Assembly (NCBI GenBank): GCA_963816145.1
Contig: CAWFJP010000002.1
Location: 160,001-224,000 of the forward strand
Direction: 5' to 3'
Origin: an uncultured delta proteobacterium
Lineage (GTDB): Bacteria > Desulfobacterota > Binatia > UBA9968
Length of the DNA stretch: 64,000 nt
This document shows, piece by piece, positions 38,501 to 47,674 of this stretch (position 1 is its first letter; each line of letters starts with the position of its first letter). Position numbers and translations under genes: made by a program. Below the pieces are notes generated by a model. It did not search any database. It saw only the letters and a list, made by a program, of their open reading frames with translations, and was not told the origin of the DNA.

Positions 38501-39520
38501 CTACTTTAGAATTTCTTTCAGTTTAGCAATGAGCGCCGGGTCGAGCTTCAAGATTTCTTTGACATTGCTTTCCAGCGTCGCGCCGTCCTCGGGGTTGATA
38601 TCGAGATTCGCTTTTTTGGCCTCGGCGAGAAAGTCGGGGTCTTTCATGGTGTCCATGAAGGCTTTGCGCAGGATCTGCACGCGATCCTTCGGGGTCTTTG
38701 GCGGCAGGGCGTAAGGACGAACGCTCGGGCCATGCACGCGCGCGACGGTGGAGATCAGCTTCTTTGCCTCGTCTGTCTTGGCGAAGTTGAGCGCCATCGG
38801 CAGCTTGGGAAGCTCGGGGTGCGGTTTTAGGGTTGCCTGAAGCACCAGTACGAGTTCGCCCGAGTCGAGTTCCTTGCGCCATGTGGATTTGGTGGATTCC
38901 CAAGAGTTGCTTAGGCCCGCGATCTCACCGCTGTTGAAAGCAAGCCGTACGTCGGCCGTGCCTTTGTATCCGGAAACGAGCTGTAAGGGCAAGCCGATCG
39001 TGGCTTTCAGCACATTAGGGATATCGTCACTGCCGGAGCCGCTAGCGACGCCGCCAAATTTGACGATCTGCTTGGAGGCGAGCCATTTCTCCACGTCGGT
39101 GATGCCGCTCGCTTTCGACACGCCGATGACAAAGTTATCCTGTCCCGGCACGCCCAGGTATTCGAACTGCGCAGCGTCAAACTCGATGCCCGGTTTGCCG
39201 AGGATCTGTTGGAGAAACAATCCGCCTATGAAGTGGCCGACGGTCAAGCCGTCGGGCTTGGCGGCCTTGAACGTGTAATTGGCCGATATCATGCTGCCGG
39301 CGCCCGGCATGTTCTCGACCAGGATGGTCGGATTGCCGGGAATATGCTTGCCTAGGTGGCGGCCGATTGTGCGGGTGTAAAGATCGTAACCGCCGCCGGC
39401 GGTGAAGCCGACGATGAAGCGGATGGTTTTGCCTTCGTAAAAGTTGGCTTGGCCGGAAGCAGGCGCCAACCAGGTTAAGCTAAATAGCGCCAGCACCAGC
39501 GCGGTGACTTTCAGTTTCAT
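38501..39520 (-). CDS. Bug/TctC solute-binding protein
   Basis: FYEGKTIRFIVG..AGGGYD, ENMPGAGS; close paralog of both neighbours. Confidence 0.9.
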   Translation of the reverse strand: MKLKVTALVLALFSLTWLAPASGQANFYEGKTIRFIVGFTAGGGYDLYTRTIGRHLGKHIPGNPTILVENMPGAGSMISANYTFKAAKPDGLTVGHFIGGLFLQQILGKPGIEFDAAQFEYLGVPGQDNFVIGVSKASGITDVEKWLASKQIVKFGGVASGSGSDDIPNVLKATIGLPLQLVSGYKGTADVRLAFNSGEIAGLSNSWESTKSTWRKELDSGELVLVLQATLKPHPELPKLPMALNFAKTDEAKKLISTVARVHGPSVRPYALPPKTPKDRVQILRKAFMDTMKDPDFLAEAKKANLDINPEDGATLESNVKEILKLDPALIAKLKEILK

Positions 39521-39573
39521 CGGTGTGAACCTCCTCTGCGGATTAGACGACGCGGCGGTCGATTACTGACAAG

Positions 39574-40602
39574 TTATTTCGGACTGAGGATGTCATTCAG
39601 TTTACCGGCCATGGCCGGGCTGAGTTTGAATAGCTTGCCGACGATGTTGGCCAGTTCATTGCCGGTGATGGGCTCGATATCGAGCTTGGCCTTTTGTGCG
39701 TCGGCTAGGAACTCCGGGTCTTTCATGGTCGCGTCGAAGGCTTGGCGCAGGGTCTCGACACGCGCCTTGGGCGTGCGCGGCGGCGCGACATAGGGCCGGT
39801 AGTAGTCTGCCGGGTCCTGGATGCCGGCTTGGATCAGTTGGCGTGCTTCCTCGGTCTTGGCGAGGCTTTGCGCAAGGGGGACGTTGGGCAGTTCTGGATG
39901 AGGTTTCGACAACGCTTGGAGTACGACGATCGCCTCGCCTGACTGAATTGCTTTGCTCCAAGTCGAGCGAATCGAATCCCAGGTCCAGCAACCGCCGGCG
40001 AGCTCGCCGCTCTCCGCAGCGAGGCGGATCTCGGACGTGCCTTTGTAGCCGGCCACCAACTGGATCGGCAACGCCGTGGTGGCCGCCAGCATGTGCGCGA
40101 TGTCATCCGGCGCGCCACCGCCGATACCGCCGACCTTTACCGGCGTTTTCGACGCGAGCCATCTTTCGACGCTGGTGATACCGCTGGCTTTGGTAAACGC
40201 ACAAGCGCGGCTCTCCTTGATCGGCGAGCCTAAGAATTCAAACTTGGCCGCGTCGAATTCGATGCCGGGGCGTTTAAAAACTTGATAGAGAAACCAGCCG
40301 CCGTGAAAGTGGCCGATGGTCAGGCCATCGGGCTTGGCGACTTGATACATATGATTCGCCGCGATCAGGTGGCCGGCGCCGGCCATGTTCTCGACGACGA
40401 TGGCGGGTTGTCCCGGCACATGCTTGCCGAAATGGCGCGCGATCGTCCGGGTGTAGGTATCGAAGCCACCGCCGGCAGAGGTGCCGACGATCATGCGGAT
40501 GGTTTTGCCTTTATAAAAATTCTCTTGGGCGCCGACAAGGTTTGCCAAGGCTAAGAGCAAGCTTAAAAAGAGCAGCGCCAGTTTTTTCATTCTTATTGTC
40601 AT
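39574..40602 (-). CDS. Bug/TctC solute-binding protein
   Basis: FYKGKTIRMIVG..AGGGFD; RBS GGAGGA before the ATG at 40602. Confidence 0.9.
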   Translation of the reverse strand: MTIRMKKLALLFLSLLLALANLVGAQENFYKGKTIRMIVGTSAGGGFDTYTRTIARHFGKHVPGQPAIVVENMAGAGHLIAANHMYQVAKPDGLTIGHFHGGWFLYQVFKRPGIEFDAAKFEFLGSPIKESRACAFTKASGITSVERWLASKTPVKVGGIGGGAPDDIAHMLAATTALPIQLVAGYKGTSEIRLAAESGELAGGCWTWDSIRSTWSKAIQSGEAIVVLQALSKPHPELPNVPLAQSLAKTEEARQLIQAGIQDPADYYRPYVAPPRTPKARVETLRQAFDATMKDPEFLADAQKAKLDIEPITGNELANIVGKLFKLSPAMAGKLNDILSPK

Positions 40603-40633
40603 GCTTGCTCCTCCTCGCGTCGAAGGCTCGGCG

Positions 40634-40662
40634 AATGTAAGGAATAGGTGAGGTTGTGTCAA
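40634..40662 (-). promoter_or_regulatory. Sigma-70 promoter for the tctC cluster
   Basis: TTGACA-17 nt-TACATT on the minus strand. Confidence 0.6.
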
Positions 40663-40677
40663 GGAGATTTGGCGAGT

Positions 40678-40706
40678 TTGACACCCCGATGCTGCGCCTG
40701 TAAATT
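40678..40706 (+). promoter_or_regulatory. Sigma-70 promoter for the VOC gene
   Basis: TTGACA-17 nt-TAAATT. Confidence 0.6.
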
Positions 40707-40763
40707 TTCCCGCAGTGACGACCATTCATCTAGGTCAGACAAACTTACAGTAGGAGATCCGTT

Positions 40764-41615
40764 ATGATTCACACTACCGCGCTGGCGGCGACACATATGG
40801 AATGCCGCAACCTGCAAGAGTCATTGAAAGTGCTGACCGAGCTGTTGGCCTTCGAGAAGCTTTCCGAGAAGCCCGGCGAAGCGACGCTCAAACATCCCAA
40901 CACCCATTGGAAGCTGGTGGTGCATGAAGCGGGACCGGACGCTCCGGCAAAGCCAATGCACAATCACTGGGGCGTGCGCGTGGTCAGCCCGGAAGAGGTG
41001 GACCGCGCTTACAATTATTTGCTGGCGCATAAGGCGGCGTACAAATTAGGCGCCATCGGTAAGCCGACCTGGAGCCATGGATCGTACTCCTGTTACTTTG
41101 TCGAGCCCGGCACAAACGGCTGGGAGATCGAGTGCTACGAGGCGTTCAATCGCAAACAGGCGACCGCGGAGCGCTTCGGCGCGGTGAAGATGGCGCACTG
41201 GGATCAGCTATTACCGGAAGAGCGGTTTCCTGGTCGAGGATATATACCGCAGGGGTTTACTCATGGCACCTTGGTCGCCACCGATATCGAGGTGAGCAAG
41301 AGTTTTTATACCGACGTATTGGGCTTGGACGCGCACCGTTTCAGCGATCATGTGGTCTATATCAAGCATCCGACGACCAAGACCTTTGTGGTCTGCGCCC
41401 TCCGGCAGAATGCGCCGGTGTTCTCGCCCAACTTTCGCAATACCCTGACCGTCGCGTCGAAAGACGCGGTGAAAGCGGCCTATCGGGAATTTGCCGAGGC
41501 AGGCAAGACTTTGGGCGTGAGCGAATTATTTGAACTTAAAGAAACCGGCACTTCCGCGTCTTTTTACTTCCGCGATCCGGGGAGCAATTGCTGGGAGATT
41601 GCCACCGCGAATTGA
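40764..41615 (+). CDS. Two-domain VOC/glyoxalase family protein
   Basis: Duplicated glyoxalase modules: YFVEPGTNGWEI and FYFRDPGSNCWEI; RBS AGGAG. Confidence 0.8.
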   Translation: MIHTTALAATHMECRNLQESLKVLTELLAFEKLSEKPGEATLKHPNTHWKLVVHEAGPDAPAKPMHNHWGVRVVSPEEVDRAYNYLLAHKAAYKLGAIGKPTWSHGSYSCYFVEPGTNGWEIECYEAFNRKQATAERFGAVKMAHWDQLLPEERFPGRGYIPQGFTHGTLVATDIEVSKSFYTDVLGLDAHRFSDHVVYIKHPTTKTFVVCALRQNAPVFSPNFRNTLTVASKDAVKAAYREFAEAGKTLGVSELFELKETGTSASFYFRDPGSNCWEIATAN

Positions 41616-41627
41616 CGTGTCTTTTCT

Positions 41628-41698
41628 TACCTCCTCTCCCTCTGGGAGAGGATAGAGGTGAGGGCGGTTCGGACGGGCGACCGCCGGTCGCCCCTACC
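41628..41698. repeat. REP-like palindromes
   Basis: cctctccctctgggagagg...gtgaggg and gggcgaccgccggtcgccctac. Confidence 0.7.
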
Positions 41699-41792
41699 GC
41701 AAGATCGCTCGCTGGGCTTCTCCGGCGGGATTACCGCAGACAAATGACCGCAAGCAGTTTATAATTCACCAAATAAGCAAGGCGAGGCATTC

Positions 41793-42821
41793 ATGACTGA
41801 CAAACTACTCGAACAGATGGGGTTGCGCGATCTGCGCGGGATCATGCGCCAGAAGGCGCCGGCGGAGGCGTGGACGCATTTCAACGGCGCGGCTGAGACC
41901 AAGTCGACTTTTCACCGCAATCCGCGGGCGTTCCAACGATATCTATTTCGGCAGAAAATTTTTCACGATGTCGCCGATCCCGATATTTCCATCGAACTGT
42001 TCGGCAAGACGCTACCGATTCCGGCGATCACCGCGCCGGTGGGCAGTTTTATCCTGTTTGGCAAAGATGGCGAGCGCGAGGTCGCCGAGGGCACGGATCA
42101 TGCCGGCGCCATGATGTTTGTCAGCCAAGCGGCGAAGTTCAACTTGCGCGATTGGCGCGCCGCCGACAAGTCGCCGCTGGTGTTCATGGCCTACATGAAC
42201 CGGGGCAAACCGGAGGTCGAAGAGTACGCCAGGAGCGCGGAGGACTTGGGATTTGCCGCCGTCGGCATCACGATGGATACGGTGAAGCCGGTGAAGATCG
42301 GCGACGAGGTGCCGCTGTCGACTAAGGACGGCAAGCCGCGCAAGGGCCACAAGTCGACACCCAAAGACATCGAGTGGATGAAGCAGATCGTCAAATTGCC
42401 GGTGGTGGTCAAAGGCATCATGGGTGCGGACGACGCGCGTGTGGCGGTCAATTCCGGCGCCGATGCGCTGGTGGTGTCCAATCACGGCGGGCGCATCCTC
42501 GACTTCAACCGCTCGGCTTTAGAAGCTTTGCCCGAAGTCGTCGACGCCGTCGGCGACAAAGTTCCCGTGCTTCTCGACAGCGGCATTCGCAGCGGCGGCG
42601 ATATCGTCAAAGCGATGGCTTTGGGCGCGAAAGCGGTGCTGATCGGCCGTCCGGTAGCTTGGGGCCTTGGCGCATTCGGTGCGCGCGGCGTCGAGCGGGT
42701 TTTCAATATCTTCGCCGAAGAGATGCAGCGCGTGCTGGTAATGACCGGTGTCGGGCGGGTGCGCGACGTGACCAATGACATTCTTATTCGCGACGAGTGG
42801 GGAAAGGTGCGCTCATCATGA
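41793..42821 (+). CDS. FMN-dependent alpha-hydroxy acid oxidase/dehydrogenase
   Basis: APVG, VVKGI, SNHGGR, DSGIRSGGDIVKA, IGRP. Confidence 0.9.
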   Translation: MTDKLLEQMGLRDLRGIMRQKAPAEAWTHFNGAAETKSTFHRNPRAFQRYLFRQKIFHDVADPDISIELFGKTLPIPAITAPVGSFILFGKDGEREVAEGTDHAGAMMFVSQAAKFNLRDWRAADKSPLVFMAYMNRGKPEVEEYARSAEDLGFAAVGITMDTVKPVKIGDEVPLSTKDGKPRKGHKSTPKDIEWMKQIVKLPVVVKGIMGADDARVAVNSGADALVVSNHGGRILDFNRSALEALPEVVDAVGDKVPVLLDSGIRSGGDIVKAMALGAKAVLIGRPVAWGLGAFGARGVERVFNIFAEEMQRVLVMTGVGRVRDVTNDILIRDEWGKVRSS

Positions 42822-43375
42822 TCTTTGTCATCTGGGGCATCGTTTTTGTCGCCGGTATCTGGATCATCTCGACCTACAATACGCTGACCGCGCTGCGCTT
42901 GCGGGTGCAAAACGCTTGGCATCAGATCAACGTCCAGCTCAAGCGGCGCTACGATTTGATTCCCAATCTGGTTGAGACGGTCAAAGGCTACATGCAGTTC
43001 GAGCAAGACACCCTGCAGAAAGTTATCGATGCGCGCAGCAAGGCGATGGTTTCGACCGGCGTCAAGCAGGCCGCCGAAGCCCAAGGCGCGTTGAACGATT
43101 CCCTCGGCAAAGTCTTCGCTTTGATGGAAAACTATCCCGATTTGAAGTCCAACAAAAACGTTCTCGATTTGCAGGAAGAGTTGGCGACGACGGAAAATCA
43201 AATTGCCTTTGCGCGCCAGTACTACAACGACTTGGTCACCCAATATAATACCAAACAGCAGGTTTTCCCCGGCAATCTGATCGCCGGTTTCTTCAAGTTT
43301 CAACCCAGCGAGTTTTTCTCGGCGCCCGAAGCGGAGCTGGCGCTGCCGAAAGTCAACTTATCGCTGCCCCGATAA
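42818..43375 (+). CDS. lemA: LemA family protein
   Basis: QLKRRYDLIPNLVETVKGY, ENYPDLKS, ENQIAFARQYYN; ATGA overlap with the upstream gene. Confidence 0.95.
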   Translation: MIFVIWGIVFVAGIWIISTYNTLTALRLRVQNAWHQINVQLKRRYDLIPNLVETVKGYMQFEQDTLQKVIDARSKAMVSTGVKQAAEAQGALNDSLGKVFALMENYPDLKSNKNVLDLQEELATTENQIAFARQYYNDLVTQYNTKQQVFPGNLIAGFFKFQPSEFFSAPEAELALPKVNLSLPR

Positions 43376-43393
43376 GCGTCGCCGCGCACGCCG

Positions 43394-44380
43394 TTGATCG
43401 ATTTCGCGCAACGCCAGGCCCATAATCAGCGCTGCAGCGCGGCGCTGGTGGGTGGCTTCATCATGGTCTTTCTCGTCATCGGCGGCGCTGTCGATTATTT
43501 GTATCTCGATGGCTTCTCGTCCGCGGGAGCGCCCTTCCCAATCGCCACGGTGATGGCGCTGGGCTTCGCGACTTTCACGGCACTCACCGCCTACTACGGC
43601 GGCAGCGGCCTCATCCTCGGTTCCCTGGGCGCCGAAAAACTAGACATCCAGATTCCCGAGCATCGTGAACTGCGCAACATCGTCACCGAAATGGCACTGG
43701 CATCCGGATCGGCGATGCCGCAGCTCTATGTGATCTACGATCCGGCACCCAATGCCCTGGCGACGGGCACCAATGATAAGAACGCGGCGATCTGCGTTAC
43801 CACCGGCTTGCTGACTCTGCTCGATCGTGAAGAGACCCAGGGCGTGGTGGCGCACGAGATGTCGCATATCCGCAACGAAGATATTCTGCTCATGACACTG
43901 GTAAGCATCTTGCTCGGCGGCATCGCGATTCTCGCCGACTTCGGCCAGCGCGGTTTTTATAGCACGCGCTCCGGGCGGCGGGTGGGCCAGAAAAATCCGT
44001 TGATCTTTTTGCCGTTGATCTTGCTGATCGCCTTATCGCCTGTGATCGGCAGGCTGTTGGCGATGGCGGTTTCGCGCCAGCGCGAATATCTCGCCGACGC
44101 CAGCGCGGCGCAGTACACACGTAATCCGCGCGGTCTGGCGCGGGCGCTCGAGAAGATTCGCGACAGCGGCATACCGTTTCAAAAAGCCTCGCGGGGAACC
44201 GCTCATCTGTTTTTTACCAATCCGTTGCGGCGGCGTTTGGACGACAGCGAAAGCGGCTTGGCAAATCTGTTGTCGACCCATCCGCCGATCGATCGGCGCA
44301 TCGCACTGCTGTACGAGATGGCGGGTATGCCTCGGCCGATGGTTCGATCGTTCATGGGCCTGAGCCCGGAGCAGAGGTAG
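43394..44380 (+). CDS. htpX: M48 zinc metalloprotease, HtpX-like
   Basis: PNALATG, HEMSH, SRQREYLAD, STHPPI. Confidence 0.85.
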   Translation: MIDFAQRQAHNQRCSAALVGGFIMVFLVIGGAVDYLYLDGFSSAGAPFPIATVMALGFATFTALTAYYGGSGLILGSLGAEKLDIQIPEHRELRNIVTEMALASGSAMPQLYVIYDPAPNALATGTNDKNAAICVTTGLLTLLDREETQGVVAHEMSHIRNEDILLMTLVSILLGGIAILADFGQRGFYSTRSGRRVGQKNPLIFLPLILLIALSPVIGRLLAMAVSRQREYLADASAAQYTRNPRGLARALEKIRDSGIPFQKASRGTAHLFFTNPLRRRLDDSESGLANLLSTHPPIDRRIALLYEMAGMPRPMVRSFMGLSPEQR

Positions 44381-44385
44381 CAACG

Positions 44386-44958
44386 ATGGTCAAGTGTCCC
44401 GAATGCGACCGTGAAATGGTCGAGGTCATGGTGCCGGCGAATCCGGGACAGTTGATCATTCTAGACCAGTGCCACGAGTGCGGCGGGATTTGGTGCGACA
44501 AATGGGAGCTATTTCCGATCGATTCGGCCGCCGCGCAAAAGTTGGAGCGCGCCGACGAGGCGAAACTGCGCCAGCCAGCTGCGGTCGTTCCGCCGCACGA
44601 TCTCTTCTGTCCGCGTTGTACCGCCAAGCTGATCGCTGCCCGCGATCCGTCGTTGCCGGCGGATTTGCGGCTGCGGCGTTGTTTTAAGTGTGACGGCATT
44701 TGGCTCAACCGCGGCCAGCTCTCGCAGTTCAAGGCGCATCAATCGAGTGTCCGCCAAAGGAATTTAGGGAACGAGGCGCTGGCCAGCCGAGTGAGCGCCG
44801 TCATGCAAGATCCCAAATCGTGGGTGGTGACCGGCACGGAGGGTATGTTCGCCTATCCGCATGGCGAGGAAGAGAATCTTGAAACGGTCGGAGATTCTCT
44901 CAAGAACGCTGTAAAGCTGATCGTTCAGACGCTCGCACGTATGGTGGTGGGCGTCTGA
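44386..44958 (+). CDS. zf-TFIIB-like double zinc-ribbon protein
   Basis: CPEC...CHECGGIW and CPRC...CFKCDGIW. Confidence 0.75.
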   Translation: MVKCPECDREMVEVMVPANPGQLIILDQCHECGGIWCDKWELFPIDSAAAQKLERADEAKLRQPAAVVPPHDLFCPRCTAKLIAARDPSLPADLRLRRCFKCDGIWLNRGQLSQFKAHQSSVRQRNLGNEALASRVSAVMQDPKSWVVTGTEGMFAYPHGEEENLETVGDSLKNAVKLIVQTLARMVVGV

Positions 44959-45022
44959 AGAGTGACCGGTGAAATACGCAACGCCATCAGTTCAATATTT
45001 AATTTGGCCCGCGCGCCAATAA

Positions 45023-45403
45023 TCAAATGATCGCGATGAGATCGATCTCGACCAGCGCGCCGCGCGGTAAATCCGCCACCGCGACGGTCGAACGGGCCGG
45101 CTTGGCCTTGCCCAAGTATTCGCCGTAGACTTCGTTCAGCGCCGCAAAGTCGGCCATGTTTTTCAAGAACACCGTGGCTTTGATGACCTTGTCGAGGGAC
45201 GATCCGGCGGCTTCCAAGACGGCTTTAAGATTTTCCAAGACTTGGCGTGTCTGTTCGGCGATGGTGCCGGCGATCAAGTTACCGGTTTGCGGATCGATGG
45301 GAATTTGCCCGGCGGTGTAGACGAAGTCGCCGATTTTGATCGCTTGTTCGTAAGGGCCGATGGCCTTGGGTGCTTTGTCGGTGCTAATGGTTTCTCGAAT
45401 CAT
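45023..45403 (-). CDS. ridA: RidA/YjgF enamine deaminase
   Basis: [33 protein letters not shown]. Confidence 0.9.
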   Translation of the reverse strand: MIRETISTDKAPKAIGPYEQAIKIGDFVYTAGQIPIDPQTGNLIAGTIAEQTRQVLENLKAVLEAAGSSLDKVIKATVFLKNMADFAALNEVYGEYLGKAKPARSTVAVADLPRGALVEIDLIAII

Positions 45404-45525
45404 CCTCATGCTTCCTTGTTCGGGACTTTTCACGAGCTATAGCATGACCTAATCTAGCGCAACGGTTGTTGGTCCATGCGCACTTGAACTTAACGGTCCC
45501 GCTGTGATTGATTAGCAAGCAAACG

Positions 45526-45714
45526 ATGAAACTCCTTACGGCCCACAAGATCTTAATTACCAGCGCAGTGATCTTCTTTGTCTTCTTTAGCGGCTGGGAG
45601 TATCGCAACTACGCCGCCGGCGACGCATCGGCTGCCTGGCGCAGCGGGTTATATCTGATCGTCGCCGGCGGATTTGCGATCTATCTTAAAAATCTCAAAC
45701 GGTGGTACCGCTAA
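45526..45714 (+). CDS. Small two-TM membrane protein
   Basis: 62 aa with two hydrophobic helices; 13 nt upstream of the HNH gene. Confidence 0.55.
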   Translation: MKLLTAHKILITSAVIFFVFFSGWEYRNYAAGDASAAWRSGLYLIVAGGFAIYLKNLKRWYR

Positions 45715-45727
45715 AAAGCTATTGTTG

Positions 45728-46021
45728 ATGGAACCCACTCCATTTCTGGTCGAAGTCTCCGCGGCCGAGATGCGCCGCGAGCGGCAGAAGGCGCGCGAGT
45801 TGCGCCAGAGCCAATGGTGGAAGCGCAAGCTTTCGCGCGGTGTTTGCCACCATTGCGGCGCCAGGTTCGCGCCCGCGGAGTTGACCATGGATCATCTCGT
45901 GCCGGTGGTCCGCGGCGGCAAGTCGACTAAGGGCAACGTGGTGCCGAGCTGTAAACCCTGCAATTCGGCGCGCCGGCATAGCCTGCCGTTCGAGATTAAT
46001 CCTCGCTCCGGCGAGGACTAA
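45728..46021 (+). CDS. Small HNH endonuclease-family protein
   Basis: CHHC, TMDHLVP..RGG, NVVPSCKPCN. Confidence 0.85.
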   Translation: MEPTPFLVEVSAAEMRRERQKARELRQSQWWKRKLSRGVCHHCGARFAPAELTMDHLVPVVRGGKSTKGNVVPSCKPCNSARRHSLPFEINPRSGED

Positions 46022-46025
46022 TCGC

Positions 46026-46115
46026 GAAATTACAAATTACAGATTCCAAATTCCATATTCCCGATGACGGAGCATCCCGGCAAATTTGGAATTTGTAGTC
46101 TTGAATTTGGAATTG
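46026..46115. repeat. Inverted tandem heptamer repeat hairpin
   Basis: aaattac-aaattac-agattcc-aaattcc facing tttggaa-tttgtag-cttgaa-tttggaa. Confidence 0.75.
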
Positions 46116-46174
46116 TTTAACCCTTGCCACCTTCAGCAGGCTTCAATAGTATGCGTTCCAGGGAGGGCAGAGCC

Positions 46175-46909
46175 ATGAATAGCGACACTTTTCTCGTTCG
46201 GACGATGTCCGATACGGTGGAAACCGATATCGAGCGGGTTCATGTCATCGCCAATGAAATCCTGCCGCGTTACAACCTGCCGCCGATCACCTTCGAGCAA
46301 TTGAGAAAAATCGCCGATGGGCCCTTCGATTTGTTTTTGATCCCGCTTATCTTCGCCGCGGAGTATGCCAACGACCGCAACCTGCCGTTTAACGAGGCCA
46401 AGCGCGTGGAGATTCGCCGGATCGCATTGGAGATCGCGCGCCGGCATGGCTACGATGTCAATCCGCCGGACTTCCAGGCGGGCATCGAGCAGTCGTTAAA
46501 GGAAACCAAAGCCGCCGGTTTGCGCAATGTGCTAATGACCACCGGCGGCCGGCGTTATAAGCATCAGGCGATGGAGAAAGTCGGGCTCGGCGGTTATTTT
46601 GAAGAGATCATCGATCGTGAACAAACCTACTACGCCAAGGAGCAGGGCTTCTATTACCTCTACCGCAAACAAAGAACGCCGCACATCCGTATCGTCGCGC
46701 TGAGCGGCACGGCGAATTACATTAAAGCTGCTAACAACGCCAATGGCTGCCAGGTCGGCGATACCCGTCTCGAAGTCATTGCCATCGCCCTATCGACACC
46801 CCATTCTTACAATGACGAGGAAACACTCCGTGCGGCGGCACCGAAAGCCGTGATTCAAGGATTCGCTGAACTTTTGCCAACGTTGAAAAAACTGGTCCCG
46901 GTGGGCTAA
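46175..46909 (+). CDS. HAD-fold (Gph-like) protein lacking catalytic aspartates
   Basis: RBS GGGAGG; Gph-like layout (LPPIT, GLRNVLMT, GLGGYFEEII, LRAAAPKAVI..FAEL) but no DxD motif. Confidence 0.65.
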   Translation: MNSDTFLVRTMSDTVETDIERVHVIANEILPRYNLPPITFEQLRKIADGPFDLFLIPLIFAAEYANDRNLPFNEAKRVEIRRIALEIARRHGYDVNPPDFQAGIEQSLKETKAAGLRNVLMTTGGRRYKHQAMEKVGLGGYFEEIIDREQTYYAKEQGFYYLYRKQRTPHIRIVALSGTANYIKAANNANGCQVGDTRLEVIAIALSTPHSYNDEETLRAAAPKAVIQGFAELLPTLKKLVPVG

Positions 46910-46925
46910 ATTCGAACTTTGCGCG

Positions 46926-47600
46926 CTACAAGATGTTGACGGCCCGCCCCGCTAACAGCGCAATGATGAGAAGCGACAGGAGCGACTGGAGCATCATCAA
47001 GACTTTTGCCCAGCGTGCCAACACGGGTACATCGGTTGGTGAAAATGCCGTGCTGGTGTTGAAAGCTAAAAATAGGTAATCGACAAAATTCGGCGACCAG
47101 CCCCGTTGACCGGTTTCTCTCAAGGCTTGGTCGCTCATGGTCATCTGCGGAAACAGAAACGCCCCTTCGAGATGAGCCGACCGATTATCGCGCTGGTTCG
47201 GCCCGCCGGCGTCCAGCCGCCAGTACCACAGGGCGAAAACGAGAATGGTGGTCGCCCAGAGAGATGCCGCTGAAAGCAGCAGCGCCGTAGGCGTTTGTTT
47301 GTGCATCGGCAGTGCGGCGATTAGAAGAATGAGGGAAATAATCAGTCCGGTGGTGAGCACGCCATCGACCACAAATCCGATAAACGTGTTGAGCCGATGA
47401 CTACCGGTGTGGTGAGACACTATGTTGGGAATCAGCAGCACTAAGACGACCGATGGAAAGAGCCAACGCGGGCCCATGGTCAGGACTTCGGGTAGCGCCG
47501 CATAGAGACCGCCTACCGCCAGTGCGGCTACGAAGGCTGGCCAACGCGGTTCGGCGTCTCGATCGTCGACCGGTGCTTTGGTGCGGGTTGACAATTCCAA
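46926..47600 (-). CDS. Membrane protein (DUF1345-like)
   Basis: Multiple TMs; WYWRLDAGGP, FLFPQM, FVDYLFLAFNTSTAFSPTD. Confidence 0.7.
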   Translation of the reverse strand: MELSTRTKAPVDDRDAEPRWPAFVAALAVGGLYAALPEVLTMGPRWLFPSVVLVLLIPNIVSHHTGSHRLNTFIGFVVDGVLTTGLIISLILLIAALPMHKQTPTALLLSAASLWATTILVFALWYWRLDAGGPNQRDNRSAHLEGAFLFPQMTMSDQALRETGQRGWSPNFVDYLFLAFNTSTAFSPTDVPVLARWAKVLMMLQSLLSLLIIALLAGRAVNIL

Positions 47601-47674
47601 CGGATTACCTCGATGATTCGTTCACCTGTATTCGTTCTTAGCACCATTTAGCTTGCCGGATTCAGTCTCGGGAG

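Noticed and set aside
45728-46021. HNH gene as a mobile element or defence system
   Set aside because: Small stand-alone HNH of ordinary composition with no partner defence, intron or phage genes
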